Assembly (NCBI GenBank): GCA_963840455.1
Contig: CAWIYV010000014.1
Span: 128,001-192,000 of the forward strand
Direction of reading: 5' to 3'
Length of the DNA: 64,000 nt
DNA from: Nitrospirota bacterium
GTDB lineage: Bacteria > Nitrospirota > UBA9217
Shown: positions 52,301 to 62,259 of the stretch, in pieces
How positions within the stretch are numbered: position 1 is the stretch's first letter
How the letters are laid out: each line of letters opens with the position of its first letter
Made by a program: the position numbers and the translations under genes
The notes under the pieces: generated by a model
Seen by the model: the letters and a program-made list of their open reading frames with translations, nothing else
Database searches by the model: none
Told to the model about the DNA's origin: nothing

Positions 52301-52765
52301 TTAAATATACTTTTCCAGGATCCCGTCCAGCATCTCCGGCGTCATGGGGCCGTACAGGTCATCGTTCACCAGCATGGCCGGCGCGCGGTCACAGGCGCCG
52401 AGGCAGGCGACCGGCAGCAAGGTGAAGCGGTTGTCCGGCGTCGTGCCGCCGGGCCCGATGCCGAGCTTCTGAAGGAGCAGTTCGTATAGGGGGTTATATC
52501 CCATGGTCCAGCAGACCATGCTGTCGCAAATTTGAACGATATGCCTGCCCACGGGCCGCCGAAAGATGAAATTATAGAACGTCGCGACCGCGTCAAGCTC
52601 GGCCGGTGTCATGCCAAGCATGCCCGCGACGTCATGGATGCTTTCGTCGGATATCCAGCCGCGGTTCTTCTGCACGATCTTGAGCGCTTCGACGCTCGCG
52701 GATTCCGGGAGTTCGCAGCGCTCCAGCTCAGCGTCTATTTCATTTTTTTCTTCGTGCGTAAGCAT
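52301..52765 (-). CDS. nuoE: NADH-quinone oxidoreductase subunit E
   Basis: VATFY, CDSMVC, CLGACDRAP. Confidence 0.97.
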   Translation of the reverse strand: MLTHEEKNEIDAELERCELPESASVEALKIVQKNRGWISDESIHDVAGMLGMTPAELDAVATFYNFIFRRPVGRHIVQICDSMVCWTMGYNPLYELLLQKLGIGPGGTTPDNRFTLLPVACLGACDRAPAMLVNDDLYGPMTPEMLDGILEKYI

Positions 52766-52782
52766 AAGGTCAAACCCTTTGT

Positions 52783-52818
52783 ATCAGGTCTTAGATCCGT
52801 GCAAATCCGTGTCCAAAG
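52783..52818. repeat. Solo family A arm in the nuoCD/E spacer
   Basis: ATCAGG...ATCCGTGCAAATCCGTGTCCAAAG. Confidence 0.7.
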
Positions 52819-52824
52819 CTTTTA

Positions 52825-54570
52825 TCACCGGTCCAGATCAGCCAGAATAAAGTCAATGCTCCCCAGGATCGCCAGCAGGTCAGCGATCATCAAACCCTTC
52901 GCGACCTTCGGCACCATCTGGAGGTGCGGGAACGAAGGGGTGCGGATGCGGGTGCGATAGGAATGGATGTCCCCGTCGCTGACGAGATAGTATCCGTTGC
53001 TCCCCTTCGTCGCTTCGATGCCCATGAACACCTCGCCGGCCGGGACTACCGGGCCCCAGCTCACGCCGAGGAAGTGGGTGATGAGCGTCTCGATGTCCTT
53101 CATGGTCCGTTCCTTGGCTGGTGGCACCGCCAGGGGGTGGTCCGACTTGTACGGGCCTTCGGGCATGTTCTTCACGCACTGTTCGACGATGCGGAGGCTC
53201 TGGCGTATCTCTTCGATGCGGACCACGCCGCGGTCATAGCAGTCGCCGTTCTTCGCAATCGGGATGTCGAACTCGAAGTTCTCATAGCCCGAATAGGGCC
53301 GCTTCTTCCGGAAGTCCCAATCCATGCCGCAGGCGCGCAGCCCGGGGCCGGTCACGCCCCATTCAATGGCGTCCTCAAGCATATAGGCGCCCACTCCCTT
53401 GGTCCGGCCCTTGAAGATGCTGTTCCGCATCACGATCCTGTCGTACTCGGCAAGCCGCGGCGGGAGGTATTTCAAAAAGTCCTTCATCAGCCGCTCCCAT
53501 CCACGCGGGAGGTCCTGTGCCACGCCGCCGATGCGGAACCATGCCGGGTGCATCCGTCCGCCGCAGACCGCCTCTACGATGTCAAAGACGCGCTCCCGGT
53601 CGGTGAACATGTAGAACACAGGCGAGAAGGAGCCCACGTCCTGGGCGAAGGTCCCGTACCAGACCAGATGGCTCTGGATGCGGAACAGCTCGGCCATCAT
53701 CACGCGGATGACCTTGACCCGGTCCGGCACCTCGATGCCGGCGAGCTTCTCCACGGCAAGGACATAGGCGAGGTTGTTCATCACGCCGCCGAAGTAGTCG
53801 ACGCGGTCGGTGTAGGGGATGTAGGTATGCCAGGTCTGGCGCTCGGCCATCTTCTCGGCGCCCCGGTGGTGATAGCCGATGTCGAGCACGGCGTCCCTGA
53901 TCTCCTCGCCGTCGAGCTGGAGGATGATGCGCAGCAGGCCATGGGTGCCGGGGTGCTGGGGTCCGAGGTTCAGGAACATGAGGTCAGTGTCGTCACTGTG
54001 CCGTTCCATGCCCCAGTCCTCAGGCCGGAACCGGAGCGACTGCTGCTCGGTGTCCATCCGCTCCTCATGCATGCGGAAAGGGCCCATCTCCGTGGCGCGG
54101 GCGGGATGGTCCTTGCGCAGGGGGTGGCCGCTCCAGGTGGGCGGCATCAGGATGCGGCTGAGATGCGGGTGGCCGTCGAACTTCACTCCGAACATGTCCC
54201 AGACCTCGCGCTCGTACCAGTTCGCGGAAGGCCAGATATCCGTAATCGATGGCAGCGAAAGCGATGCCTCGGCAAGCGGCACCTTGACCCGGATGTCGTC
54301 GTTCCGGTCGAACGACAGGAGATGGTAGACGATGGTGAAGTCGGAGCCGGGCTGGTCCGGCCGGTTCTCGCGGACCCGTTCGTCAATGGCCGTGAGGTCG
54401 TAGAGCATCCGGTAGGGGCGTTCAACGGAGTTTTTGAGGTGCCGCAGGACGTCACGGACGCTGTCACGGGCCACCCATACCGTGGGGATGCTGTCCTTTG
54501 TTGGCTGGACCGCGAGGATGGCCTCGCCGAAGGAGGCTTTCAGATCAGCAATGATGGAGGCATGCGCCAT
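52825..54570 (-). CDS. nuoC: NADH-quinone oxidoreductase fused subunit C/D
   Basis: [45 protein letters not shown], terminal DLDR. Confidence 0.97.
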   Translation of the reverse strand: MAHASIIADLKASFGEAILAVQPTKDSIPTVWVARDSVRDVLRHLKNSVERPYRMLYDLTAIDERVRENRPDQPGSDFTIVYHLLSFDRNDDIRVKVPLAEASLSLPSITDIWPSANWYEREVWDMFGVKFDGHPHLSRILMPPTWSGHPLRKDHPARATEMGPFRMHEERMDTEQQSLRFRPEDWGMERHSDDTDLMFLNLGPQHPGTHGLLRIILQLDGEEIRDAVLDIGYHHRGAEKMAERQTWHTYIPYTDRVDYFGGVMNNLAYVLAVEKLAGIEVPDRVKVIRVMMAELFRIQSHLVWYGTFAQDVGSFSPVFYMFTDRERVFDIVEAVCGGRMHPAWFRIGGVAQDLPRGWERLMKDFLKYLPPRLAEYDRIVMRNSIFKGRTKGVGAYMLEDAIEWGVTGPGLRACGMDWDFRKKRPYSGYENFEFDIPIAKNGDCYDRGVVRIEEIRQSLRIVEQCVKNMPEGPYKSDHPLAVPPAKERTMKDIETLITHFLGVSWGPVVPAGEVFMGIEATKGSNGYYLVSDGDIHSYRTRIRTPSFPHLQMVPKVAKGLMIADLLAILGSIDFILADLDR

Positions 54571-54587
54571 AAATAAGATATGATATT

Positions 54588-54839
54588 TGACACTGAGGAC
54601 GCTGAGAAAATATGAAGAGAACCTCTGACACGGAAGGACCGGATAACGATCTGGATAAAGGCGGATAGATCCAGATCGCATCATTCAGAAAGTTAGCAAA
54701 CGTCTTTTCAGACTGGTCTTTACAGTGTCCTCAGTGTCCGTAGTATTGATTCTTGCCCTATCCGCTTTTATCCGGCTCTTGTTTGCCTTGATCCGTGTCA
54801 AAGGTCCTCTTATCGGTTCTTTCAGTGTCCTCAGTGTCA
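54588..54839. repeat. Nested family A elements in the nuoB/CD spacer
   Basis: Outer TGACACTGAGGACGCTGA / TCAGTGTCCTCAGTGTCA encloses inner TGACACGGA...GGATAAAGGCGGATA / TATCCGCTTTTATCC...ATCCGTGTCA, plus an extra CAGTGTCCTCAGTGTC arm. Confidence 0.88.
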
Positions 54840-54844
54840 GAAGA

Positions 54845-55459
54845 TCACACTTCATCAGGTGACGGAAGGTCCGTCGCGGCGATGCGCTCCTGCCGCTTTT
54901 GGTCGCGCATGCACGGCAGAGAGGGCCGCGCCACGCCCTGCGGTCCAGCGACCCAGCTCACCGGCCGGCGTTCAGCCCCGATCTTCTTCTGGAGCAGCAG
55001 GAGGCCCTCCATGAACGCTTCAGGACGGGGAGGGCAGCCCGGGATGTACACATCGACCGGGAGGAACTTGTCCACGCCCTGGACGACGCTGTAGATGTCG
55101 TACATGCCGCCGGAATTGGCGCACGATCCCATGGAAATGACCCAGCGCGGTTCCATCATCTGCTCATACAGCCGCTTGATGACCGGGGCCATCTTGATGA
55201 AGACCGTCCCGGCGACGACCATGAGGTCCGCTTCGCGTGGCGTGCCGCGAATCACCTCGGCGCCGAAGCGGGCAAGATCGTATTTGCTCGTGAGGCTGGT
55301 CGCCATTTCGACGTAGCAGCAGGAAAGCCCGAAGTTGAAGGGCCAGACCGAGTTCTTCCTGCCCCAGGCAAGCATGTCCTGGAGCCGGGTCAGAAGGAGG
55401 CTCTGACGGACGGCATCGTCTAGGGTTGGAGCGGAGGCTTTGGTGAGGGACCAGTTCAT
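54845..55459 (-). CDS. nuoB: NADH-quinone oxidoreductase subunit B
   Basis: [27 protein letters not shown]. Confidence 0.98.
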   Translation of the reverse strand: MNWSLTKASAPTLDDAVRQSLLLTRLQDMLAWGRKNSVWPFNFGLSCCYVEMATSLTSKYDLARFGAEVIRGTPREADLMVVAGTVFIKMAPVIKRLYEQMMEPRWVISMGSCANSGGMYDIYSVVQGVDKFLPVDVYIPGCPPRPEAFMEGLLLLQKKIGAERRPVSWVAGPQGVARPSLPCMRDQKRQERIAATDLPSPDEV

Positions 55460-55490
55460 GAAACCGCCTTTAATACGAGAACGAAGAGTA

Positions 55491-55669
55491 TTCGACACGG
55501 AGGATACGGAAAAAGCAATGATACCGTCGTGACCGGGGAACAAGAGAACCTTTGACACGGATCACGGCGGATCAAGGTTTCCGATAAAGACGGATAAGGC
55601 AGTGTTGATCATCTTTTGAACCTATCCGCAGCTATAATAGGTACCTATCAGTGAAAATCCGTTTCAAAG
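55491..55669. repeat. Family A elements in the nuoA/B spacer, right arm overlapping the nuoA 3' end
   Basis: GACACGGAGGATACGGA; CTTTGACACGGATCACGGCGGAT...GATAAAGACGGATA ... TATCCGCAG...ATCAGTGAAAATCCGTTTCAAAG. Confidence 0.82.
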
Positions 55670-56106
55670 ATCTTTTCTTCTTTATTTACTGCTCTCTGTC
55701 TCCGTGTCCCCTTGTCATCGCGTTGTTTTATCCCCCAGTCCAGCAAGCCGAGACGCCAGAGATAGGCTAGCGCGGCAGCTAGGACGCCGACGAAGACCAG
55801 GACCTCGGCGTATCCGGCCCATCCGGTCTCCCTGACGGCCACGGCCCAGGCATAGAGGAACGCGGCCTCCAGGTCGAAGACGAGGAAGATCACGGCAACG
55901 AGATAGAACTTGATGTCGAAGCGGACCTGCGCACTGCCCGTGGAGACGATGCCCGACTCGTAAGGCTCGCCGGTCGCCCGTTCGCGGTGGCGCTGTCCAA
56001 GCACGAAGGAAAGCCCGATCAGTCCGGCGATGATCACCACGATGGCCATAAAGTAGACCGCCAGCGGCCAGAACGTCTGATCGTCAATGACAGGGCTAGG
56101 CATCAT
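55648..56106 (-). CDS. nuoA: NADH-quinone oxidoreductase subunit A with repeat-derived C-terminal tail
   Basis: PYESG, KFYLVAVIFLVFDLEA, WRLGLLDW. Confidence 0.96.
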   Translation of the reverse strand: MMPSPVIDDQTFWPLAVYFMAIVVIIAGLIGLSFVLGQRHRERATGEPYESGIVSTGSAQVRFDIKFYLVAVIFLVFDLEAAFLYAWAVAVRETGWAGYAEVLVFVGVLAAALAYLWRLGLLDWGIKQRDDKGTRRQRAVNKEEKIFETDFH

Positions 56107-56348
56107 AAAACTCCTGTGAAATCGGCCTCTTCAGAGGATACCACATGCAGGTTGAAAGTCAAGCGGGGGCGTCTTTGTCGGCCGCGCAGCGCCCCGGTCA
56201 GGAAGGCCATGGCGCATTCCCTTCCTCCGCGGATATCAGTGCTTGCTCGGGACGCGCCTGACACGGAACGCGCGAAGGGTTGACAAAGCGATTGCACACT
56301 GTTAATCTACCGGCGGATAATATAATAACAGATTGGAAGGAGCAAACA

Positions 56349-57104
56349 ATGAAGCACATACTGATGACCACAGTGTGCCTTGCTCTGCTGGTGACACCGG
56401 CAGTGCCGGCAGAGAAGAAGGACGAATTGAAGACGCAAAAGGACAAGGTCAGCTATCTGATCGGCGTGGACATGGGCAGAAAGATGAGGGCGGAGTTCGA
56501 CAAACAGTCGATCGATGTCGATCCCGCGGTCCTCGCGAAAGGCATCAAGGACGCCCTGGCCGGCGGAAACATTCTTCTCACCGACGCCGAGCTCCAGGAG
56601 ATCAGGACGGCGCTCCAGAGCGACATAGCGGCGAAGAACATGGAGCGCGTGAAGGCCCTTGCCGAGAAGAACAAGAAGGACGGTGACGCCTTCCTCGCGG
56701 AGAACAGGAAGAAGGACGGCGTCAAGACGACCGACAGCGGGCTCCAGTACAAGGTCATCACTGTTGGAACGGGCAGGTCCCCCAAGGCCACGGACAAAGT
56801 AACGGTGAACTACCGCGGAACGCTCGTTGACGGCAATGAATTCGACAGTTCGTACAAGCGCGGCGAACCGGTCTCCTTTTCGCTGAACCAGGTGATCAAG
56901 GGCTGGACCGAAGGCATCCAGCTCATGAAAGAAGGGAGCAAGTTCACGTTCTTCATCCCGTCGGAGCTTGCCTACGCTGAGCGGGGCACGCCAGGCGGTC
57001 CCATCGGACCCAACGCGGTCCTGATCTTTGACGTCGAGCTGCTGTCCATCGGGGAGAAGGCCCCGGCGGCGGTCCAGCCGGGGAGAGGCGTGACGAACAA
57101 ATGA
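56349..57104 (+). CDS. fkpA: Periplasmic FKBP-type PPIase (FkpA/Mip family)
   Basis: Signal peptide; KVSY.IG, SGLQY, V.VNYRGTL..G.EFDSSY, VIKGWTEG, IPSELAY. Confidence 0.92.
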   Translation: MKHILMTTVCLALLVTPAVPAEKKDELKTQKDKVSYLIGVDMGRKMRAEFDKQSIDVDPAVLAKGIKDALAGGNILLTDAELQEIRTALQSDIAAKNMERVKALAEKNKKDGDAFLAENRKKDGVKTTDSGLQYKVITVGTGRSPKATDKVTVNYRGTLVDGNEFDSSYKRGEPVSFSLNQVIKGWTEGIQLMKEGSKFTFFIPSELAYAERGTPGGPIGPNAVLIFDVELLSIGEKAPAAVQPGRGVTNK

Positions 57105-57153
57105 GGACGCGGCTCGCAGTCGGGAACTCGAGACCGTACACGAAGGAGGGTCT

Positions 57154-57729
57154 ATGAAGGTCATAGCGTTCAACGGAAGCGCGAAGAAGGACGGGAATAC
57201 AGCCATTCTGCTGAATACCGTGATGGATGAGTTGAAGGCCGCCGGGATCGAAACAGAGCTGTATCAGCTCTCGGGCAAACCGATCCAGGGGTGCATCGCC
57301 TGTATGAAATGCTTTGAGAACAAGAACAAGCGCTGCGCCGTGGAGAAAGACATCATCAATGAGTGCATCCAGAAGATGATAGAGGCGGACGGCATCCTGC
57401 TGGGGTCGCCGACCTACTTCGCCGATGTTTCCGCGGGCATGAAGGCGCTCATCGAGCGGTGCGGCATGGTTTCCCGGGCGAACGGGGATATGTTCCAGCG
57501 CAAGGTGGGCGCGGGGGTCGTTGCCGTGCGTCGCGCCGGAGCGTACCACGTGTTCAGCTCATTGAATGCGTTCTTCCTCATCGGCCAGATGATCATCCCG
57601 GGTTCGAGCTACTGGAACCTGGCGCACGGCAGGCTGCCCGGCGAGGTCAAGAACGATGAAGAGGGAATGCGGACGATGAAGCAGCTGGGCCAGAACATGG
57701 CGTGGCTGATGAAGCAATTGAAGAAGTAG
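57154..57729 (+). CDS. Flavodoxin-family / iron-sulfur flavoprotein (FMN_red)
   Basis: NGSAKKDGNT, CIACMKC...C cluster motif, GSPTYF. Confidence 0.9.
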   Translation: MKVIAFNGSAKKDGNTAILLNTVMDELKAAGIETELYQLSGKPIQGCIACMKCFENKNKRCAVEKDIINECIQKMIEADGILLGSPTYFADVSAGMKALIERCGMVSRANGDMFQRKVGAGVVAVRRAGAYHVFSSLNAFFLIGQMIIPGSSYWNLAHGRLPGEVKNDEEGMRTMKQLGQNMAWLMKQLKK

Positions 57730-57757
57730 TCCTGAAGAAGATGCGTGGGAAAACGAG

Positions 57758-57788
57758 AACGGGATGCCGAAAAGGCATCCCGTTTTTT
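57758..57788 (+). terminator. Rho-independent terminator
   Basis: AACGGGATGCC-GAAAA-GGCATCCCGTT followed by T-run. Confidence 0.85.
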
Positions 57789-58048
57789 AATTGCCATGCT
57801 GGTGACCGACTACAAGTGGAGGCCGGATTGAGAGCTGAAAGTACACTTCACCTGCTAGACTGCATACACAACGTCTGGTTCAATCGCCGGATCGTTGGCG
57901 CAAGGACAAACTGAAAAGATTACGCTCCGCCCCCGGCAGAAAAAGGGTTGCTCGGTCGTCTACCGCTCACGTTCATTTACGCATTCTCGTTCATCTGCCC
58001 AGGAAGATATGCAACCGCGACGCTCGATCATGCCTGACAATGCGGTTG

Positions 58049-58732
58049 TTATTTTTTCACTCTATTCGTGATGACAATCAAAAGGTCGTTATTCATTTTC
58101 ATTTTATTCGGCAGGAGCCACGGCGATGATATGGCTACCGATGTCCCGACTGACACCTCATTACATTCTCCCGTCTTGCTGAGGCAGAATGAGGCGGATT
58201 TATGATGCTCATCGTCAACAACGATGCCTCCTTTAAGCCCCTTTTGCTTCTTGTAGAATTTGACGACCGTCGCAAACGAATCATTTGTCCGGTAGCAATG
58301 TTTCGACTTCGTTAGCCCGGACTTATCTTCCCGCTCTTTAATAATGCCTATCTCAGGCGCTGCGCAGACTTCGCGCGTATCGGCATCGGACTTGGCGCCG
58401 GGATAGAATGGTATGCCGAAATCATCCTCGGAGGATTTAAGTTTGATCTCTCTTATCTTCTGCTCTTTCCACTTTTCATATTCTTCTCGCGTTTTGAATT
58501 TAGAATCTTGTGTCATTGTATTCGATTCATCTTTCAGGCACTGCATGTTCAGTATATCCGATACCCTCACGCGAGTGTATTCCTCTTTGTTATTACTTGT
58601 TTTTAACTTTAGTACGGCATTGCCGTCAAGACCGCTGTGAAAGCGGGAAACAAGTTGAATTTCTTTTTTCTCATCACCTAATTCAAACTTTATTATTTTA
58701 TTGTTTTTTAGAAAGACCTTAATCATGACCAT
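58049..58732 (-). CDS. Low-GC hypothetical protein
   Basis: 227-aa ORF with GGGGA RBS in an AT-rich patch; C-terminal half FGIPFYPGAK...T.DSF..VV.FY pattern; function not recognised. Confidence 0.55.
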   Translation of the reverse strand: MVMIKVFLKNNKIIKFELGDEKKEIQLVSRFHSGLDGNAVLKLKTSNNKEEYTRVRVSDILNMQCLKDESNTMTQDSKFKTREEYEKWKEQKIREIKLKSSEDDFGIPFYPGAKSDADTREVCAAPEIGIIKEREDKSGLTKSKHCYRTNDSFATVVKFYKKQKGLKGGIVVDDEHHKSASFCLSKTGECNEVSVGTSVAISSPWLLPNKMKMNNDLLIVITNRVKK

Positions 58733-59070
58733 TCCCCCGTGACCATATATTTGCTCTCTCTCATTGTAATGAACCTTCAGATGGTCAAAAGATGAATTTA
58801 TTATTTTTAATTTTTCTTGTGCCTTTGCTCTGGCACAGCGTGATATGGACTTTTAGGCGATCTGAACTACACTATCTCTAACGGGACAAAACAACGCGAT
58901 CCCCGGCCAACGAGAACAAAAGTATATTAGAATTAGTCTCGGAGATAAAGAAAAAGCAGCAGGCTGCTGTTGGTGCATGCGAACTTCAGCTTGAACTGTT
59001 GATGATATGAAAAAGGGAAACAATCAATGTTACAGGAAGAAGCTTGCACTGTACATGAGAACCCGTCCGA

Positions 59071-59517
59071 TCACACTGCGCCGATGATCTTCTCATACTC
59101 GGCAATAAGTTCGTTGCGCTGGTTGTTGATCCTGGCGGAAAAAATGAAGAACTTCGCCTTTCTCCCTTTGAGCGTCACTTCGGCGAACAGCGTGTCGCCG
59201 GGTACGGCGTTCTTTTTGTACCGCACGACCTTCTGGACAACATAAGGGTCATGATCCAGGTCCTTGCACGCGATCGGGATGAGTGCTGCCGCAACAAGAC
59301 AGACAAACTCATCCTGCGCATAGCCAGGATAGGTGGGCGCACCGGGGAAATGTCCTTCGAGATCCGGGTCCTCATCGCTGATCTCTTTTAATCCCAAGAG
59401 CGTGTCCGGATCAGCGGAGCAATGGAAGACCCCGTCGATCTTCCTGAGGGCTGCGCCCCGGTGCGGCAGGATCGACTCGAGACCTTTTCTGTTGAAGCAG
59501 GTGAATAAGGCAGCCAC
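59071..59517 (-). CDS. FabA/FabZ-like hot-dog dehydratase
   Basis: ILPHR, GHFPGAPTYPG...E, V.PGDTL; GAGGAG RBS before GTG. Confidence 0.8.
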   Translation of the reverse strand: MAALFTCFNRKGLESILPHRGAALRKIDGVFHCSADPDTLLGLKEISDEDPDLEGHFPGAPTYPGYAQDEFVCLVAAALIPIACKDLDHDPYVVQKVVRYKKNAVPGDTLFAEVTLKGRKAKFFIFSARINNQRNELIAEYEKIIGAV

Positions 59518-59730
59518 TGGTTTCTCCTCGTGTGATGAAATATCTGTGAACGAAAGACTCGATCCTTAGGGTCGTTCGTCATTCTCAACGCTTTCTAAAC
59601 ACCTCAGCAAGGAAAGGGTTGGTCAGGAGTCGATAATGGTTCGCGCGATGGGTATAAAGATGTCAGTCCAGCGGCAGTGCCTCTCTGTCTGACAGCTCTG
59701 TGATAATGCCAACAGTATAGACTGGCATGT

Positions 59731-60546
59731 TCAGTTCTGTCCCTCCACCTTTCCGCCCCATTCCTTCAGTTTCCTGCTGATGAAGTCGATGATCTGCTGG
59801 TGCTCCTCGTCGCCCCGGCCGGAAATGGTCAGCGGTTTGCCGAACTCGAAGAACACCTTTTTTGAAGGGTCGACCTTCCCGTAGTCCTTCAGGTATCTTC
59901 CGTTCCCCCATGCGTCGGTCTTGAGCGCGATGGGCACCACCGGGACGTTGGCGCGCTTGGCGAGCTTGATGCCGATGGTGTTGAACTCCGCAGGGTGAAA
60001 GACCTCGGTGCGCGTGGTCTGGGGGAAAATGACGACGGAGCGGCCCGCCTTCAGCCGCGCTTCGCCGCCCTCGAACACGGCCTTGAGGTCGTCGCGGGGA
60101 TTCGTGCGGCCAACGGTGATGGGTTCCCGGGACCGCATGATGTGCTTGAAGACCGGGTAGTCCACGAGGCTTTGCTTTACCACGAAGGTGGAGTCTATGA
60201 ACTGCGAGATGATCGCAGGCAGGACCATGGTCTCCAGGGTGCTCATATGGTTTCCGATGAAGACACATGGTCCGTCCAGGCTCCTGAAGTTGTCGACGCC
60301 GTTGATCTCGATGATTACGCCGATCTCCTCGAGCGCACGGAGCGTTTCCAGGCTGCTGGCGACCCAGTCTGCGGTGGCGTAGTGCCCGCGCTTCGCCTTC
60401 GCGCTGCCCCGCCAGACGAGGGAGAGCAAGCGGGAGTAGAGCCTGACCTCGGGCAGGAACCTGCCCAAGAGCGAACGTGGTCCAGCGCCGGTCCGGTACG
60501 AGCCGTTCACGTAGGTGATGGTGTCCATGGTGAATTCCTTCGTCAT
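59731..60546 (-). CDS. Lysophospholipid acyltransferase (PlsC family)
   Basis: GNHMSTLE, FVVK.SL, IFPQTTR, PVVPIA. Confidence 0.88.
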   Translation of the reverse strand: MTKEFTMDTITYVNGSYRTGAGPRSLLGRFLPEVRLYSRLLSLVWRGSAKAKRGHYATADWVASSLETLRALEEIGVIIEINGVDNFRSLDGPCVFIGNHMSTLETMVLPAIISQFIDSTFVVKQSLVDYPVFKHIMRSREPITVGRTNPRDDLKAVFEGGEARLKAGRSVVIFPQTTRTEVFHPAEFNTIGIKLAKRANVPVVPIALKTDAWGNGRYLKDYGKVDPSKKVFFEFGKPLTISGRGDEEHQQIIDFISRKLKEWGGKVEGQN

Positions 60547-60643
60547 AAGGTCGGTGCTACGAACAGGAACAGTATAGCATCAGGCGGGGTGCAGGTAAAG
60601 GGGCAGCCCGGTGAGGAGGGGCCCGGGCTCGTGAGGGAGGGAC

Positions 60644-62137
60644 CTATGCCAGGTGCGGGGATGGCCGCTGGATGTAGTAGCCCTGGGCGTAATGGATGCC
60701 TGCGGACTCGACCTCGTTGAGGATTGCCTTGCTCTCCACGTATTCGGCGATGGTCTTGACCTTGATCCGGTCGGCGAGGGCGGCGATGCTTGAAACGATC
60801 TCTTTCTCGATCGATCCGTTCCCGCCCATGCTGCGGATGAACTCGCCGTCCACCTTGAGGTAGTCGATGGGGAAGGTCTTGAGGTACTGGAACGATGAAT
60901 AACCGGCGCCGAAGTCATCGATGGCGAACCGGAACCCCTCGTCCTTCAGCGTATGGACGAACTGCTCGAACAGCCGGATGTTCTTGACCGTGTCCCTCTC
61001 GGTGATCTCGAAGACCATGTCCCCGGGATTGATGGCGTAATCCCGGAACAGGGCGCGGATGGTGGGCATGAAGTCGTTGATGACCATGGCCTTGGGCGAG
61101 AGGTTCAGGAACAGGGTGCCGGTAAACTTCTGCTCCTTCACGATGATGAACGCCTGTTCGATGAGCTGGTAATCGATCTTGCCGATGGCCCCCATGTTCT
61201 CGGCGGCCTCGATGAAGTCCGCAGCCGGTACCACCCGGTCGCCGATGACGATCCTCGTCAGCACCTCATAGGCGGTGATGGACTTGTCCTTGACGTTCAT
61301 GATGGGCTGGAAGTAGGGCACGATCCTGTTCTTCCGGTTCCGGAGGGCGTCGAGGATCATGAGGTGCGTATCGCCCATGTTCTTGATCAGTTCCACATTG
61401 TCGCCGTCGCTCGGGAAGGAGATGTTGTCCTTGCCCGCGGTCTTGGCCTGTTCCAGCATGCTGTCCGCCAGGAGGAACAGGTCCTGGGCGTCCTTGGCGT
61501 GGTTGGGGAAGACGGCGACGCCGATGGAGATGGTCTCCTGGACCTGCGTCCCGTCGGGCAGGGTGAGGGAATGGTTCCGGAGGCCGTCCATGAGCCGGTT
61601 GGCGACGACGTATGCCTGCTCCTCATCGCACACCGGAAGGATGGCGGTGAAATTGTCGCCTGCGTAGCGGGCGGGGATGTCGCCTTTCCGGACCGCGGAC
61701 CTGAGGAGCATCGAGAAGTCCTTCAGGAACAGGTCACCGACCTCGTGGCCGAACTTGTCGTTGATCATCTTGAAGTTATCGACGTCGATGAGAAGGAGGG
61801 AGAACTTGTACTCCTGGCGCTGGGAACGCTGGGTCTCGTACTGCAGCAGGTCCCAGAAGGTGTTCTGGTTGTACAGGCCGGTGAGGGAATCGCGGGTGGC
61901 GTAGCTCTCGGCCTCTTTCGCGTAGCGGTCGAGCGTCCGAATGAGCACGACAGTGCTCGCGGCGGGGAAAGGGGTGAGCGCCAGGATCGCGATGGCCATG
62001 GCTTTGAGCGGCGCGGGCATCCCGGACCAGTGCGCGATCAGGATGATCCCCGCAACCCCCATCATGACCGAGACGGTCGTGGCGCCGGCCAGGAGAAGGG
62101 TCTTGATCCTGTTCACATTGTTGATCGTTGGAAGCAT
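60644..62137 (-). CDS. Membrane GGDEF(degenerate)-EAL protein, probable c-di-GMP phosphodiesterase
   Basis: RKGD I-site with RYAGDNF; EVLTR, FLNLS, FEITE, DDFGAGYSS, LKVD, AEYVE, QGY. Confidence 0.92.
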   Translation of the reverse strand: MLPTINNVNRIKTLLLAGATTVSVMMGVAGIILIAHWSGMPAPLKAMAIAILALTPFPAASTVVLIRTLDRYAKEAESYATRDSLTGLYNQNTFWDLLQYETQRSQRQEYKFSLLLIDVDNFKMINDKFGHEVGDLFLKDFSMLLRSAVRKGDIPARYAGDNFTAILPVCDEEQAYVVANRLMDGLRNHSLTLPDGTQVQETISIGVAVFPNHAKDAQDLFLLADSMLEQAKTAGKDNISFPSDGDNVELIKNMGDTHLMILDALRNRKNRIVPYFQPIMNVKDKSITAYEVLTRIVIGDRVVPAADFIEAAENMGAIGKIDYQLIEQAFIIVKEQKFTGTLFLNLSPKAMVINDFMPTIRALFRDYAINPGDMVFEITERDTVKNIRLFEQFVHTLKDEGFRFAIDDFGAGYSSFQYLKTFPIDYLKVDGEFIRSMGGNGSIEKEIVSSIAALADRIKVKTIAEYVESKAILNEVESAGIHYAQGYYIQRPSPHLA

Positions 62138-62259
62138 CGGTCCGCCTGTGCAAGGGCTGCAAGTATTTGCTACTTTGTCAGCATATACTTGTGACATCCT
62201 CTTGTCAAGGAAGGGAGAAAGAACTTGCATTGACCTGGGAAAAAAGCGAGAATGGCGCC

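Noticed and set aside
35439-54576. Long antisense ORFs (e.g. 35439-37667, 37686-39200, 52924-54576)
   Set aside because: Shadows of well-supported genes on the opposite strand in high-GC DNA; no recognisable motifs.
57860-58900. Integron cassette/attC around the low-GC orphan gene
   Set aside because: TAAC at the stop and GTT-containing sites exist, but the RYYYAAC/GTTRRRY boxes and pairing are poor and there is no integrase.
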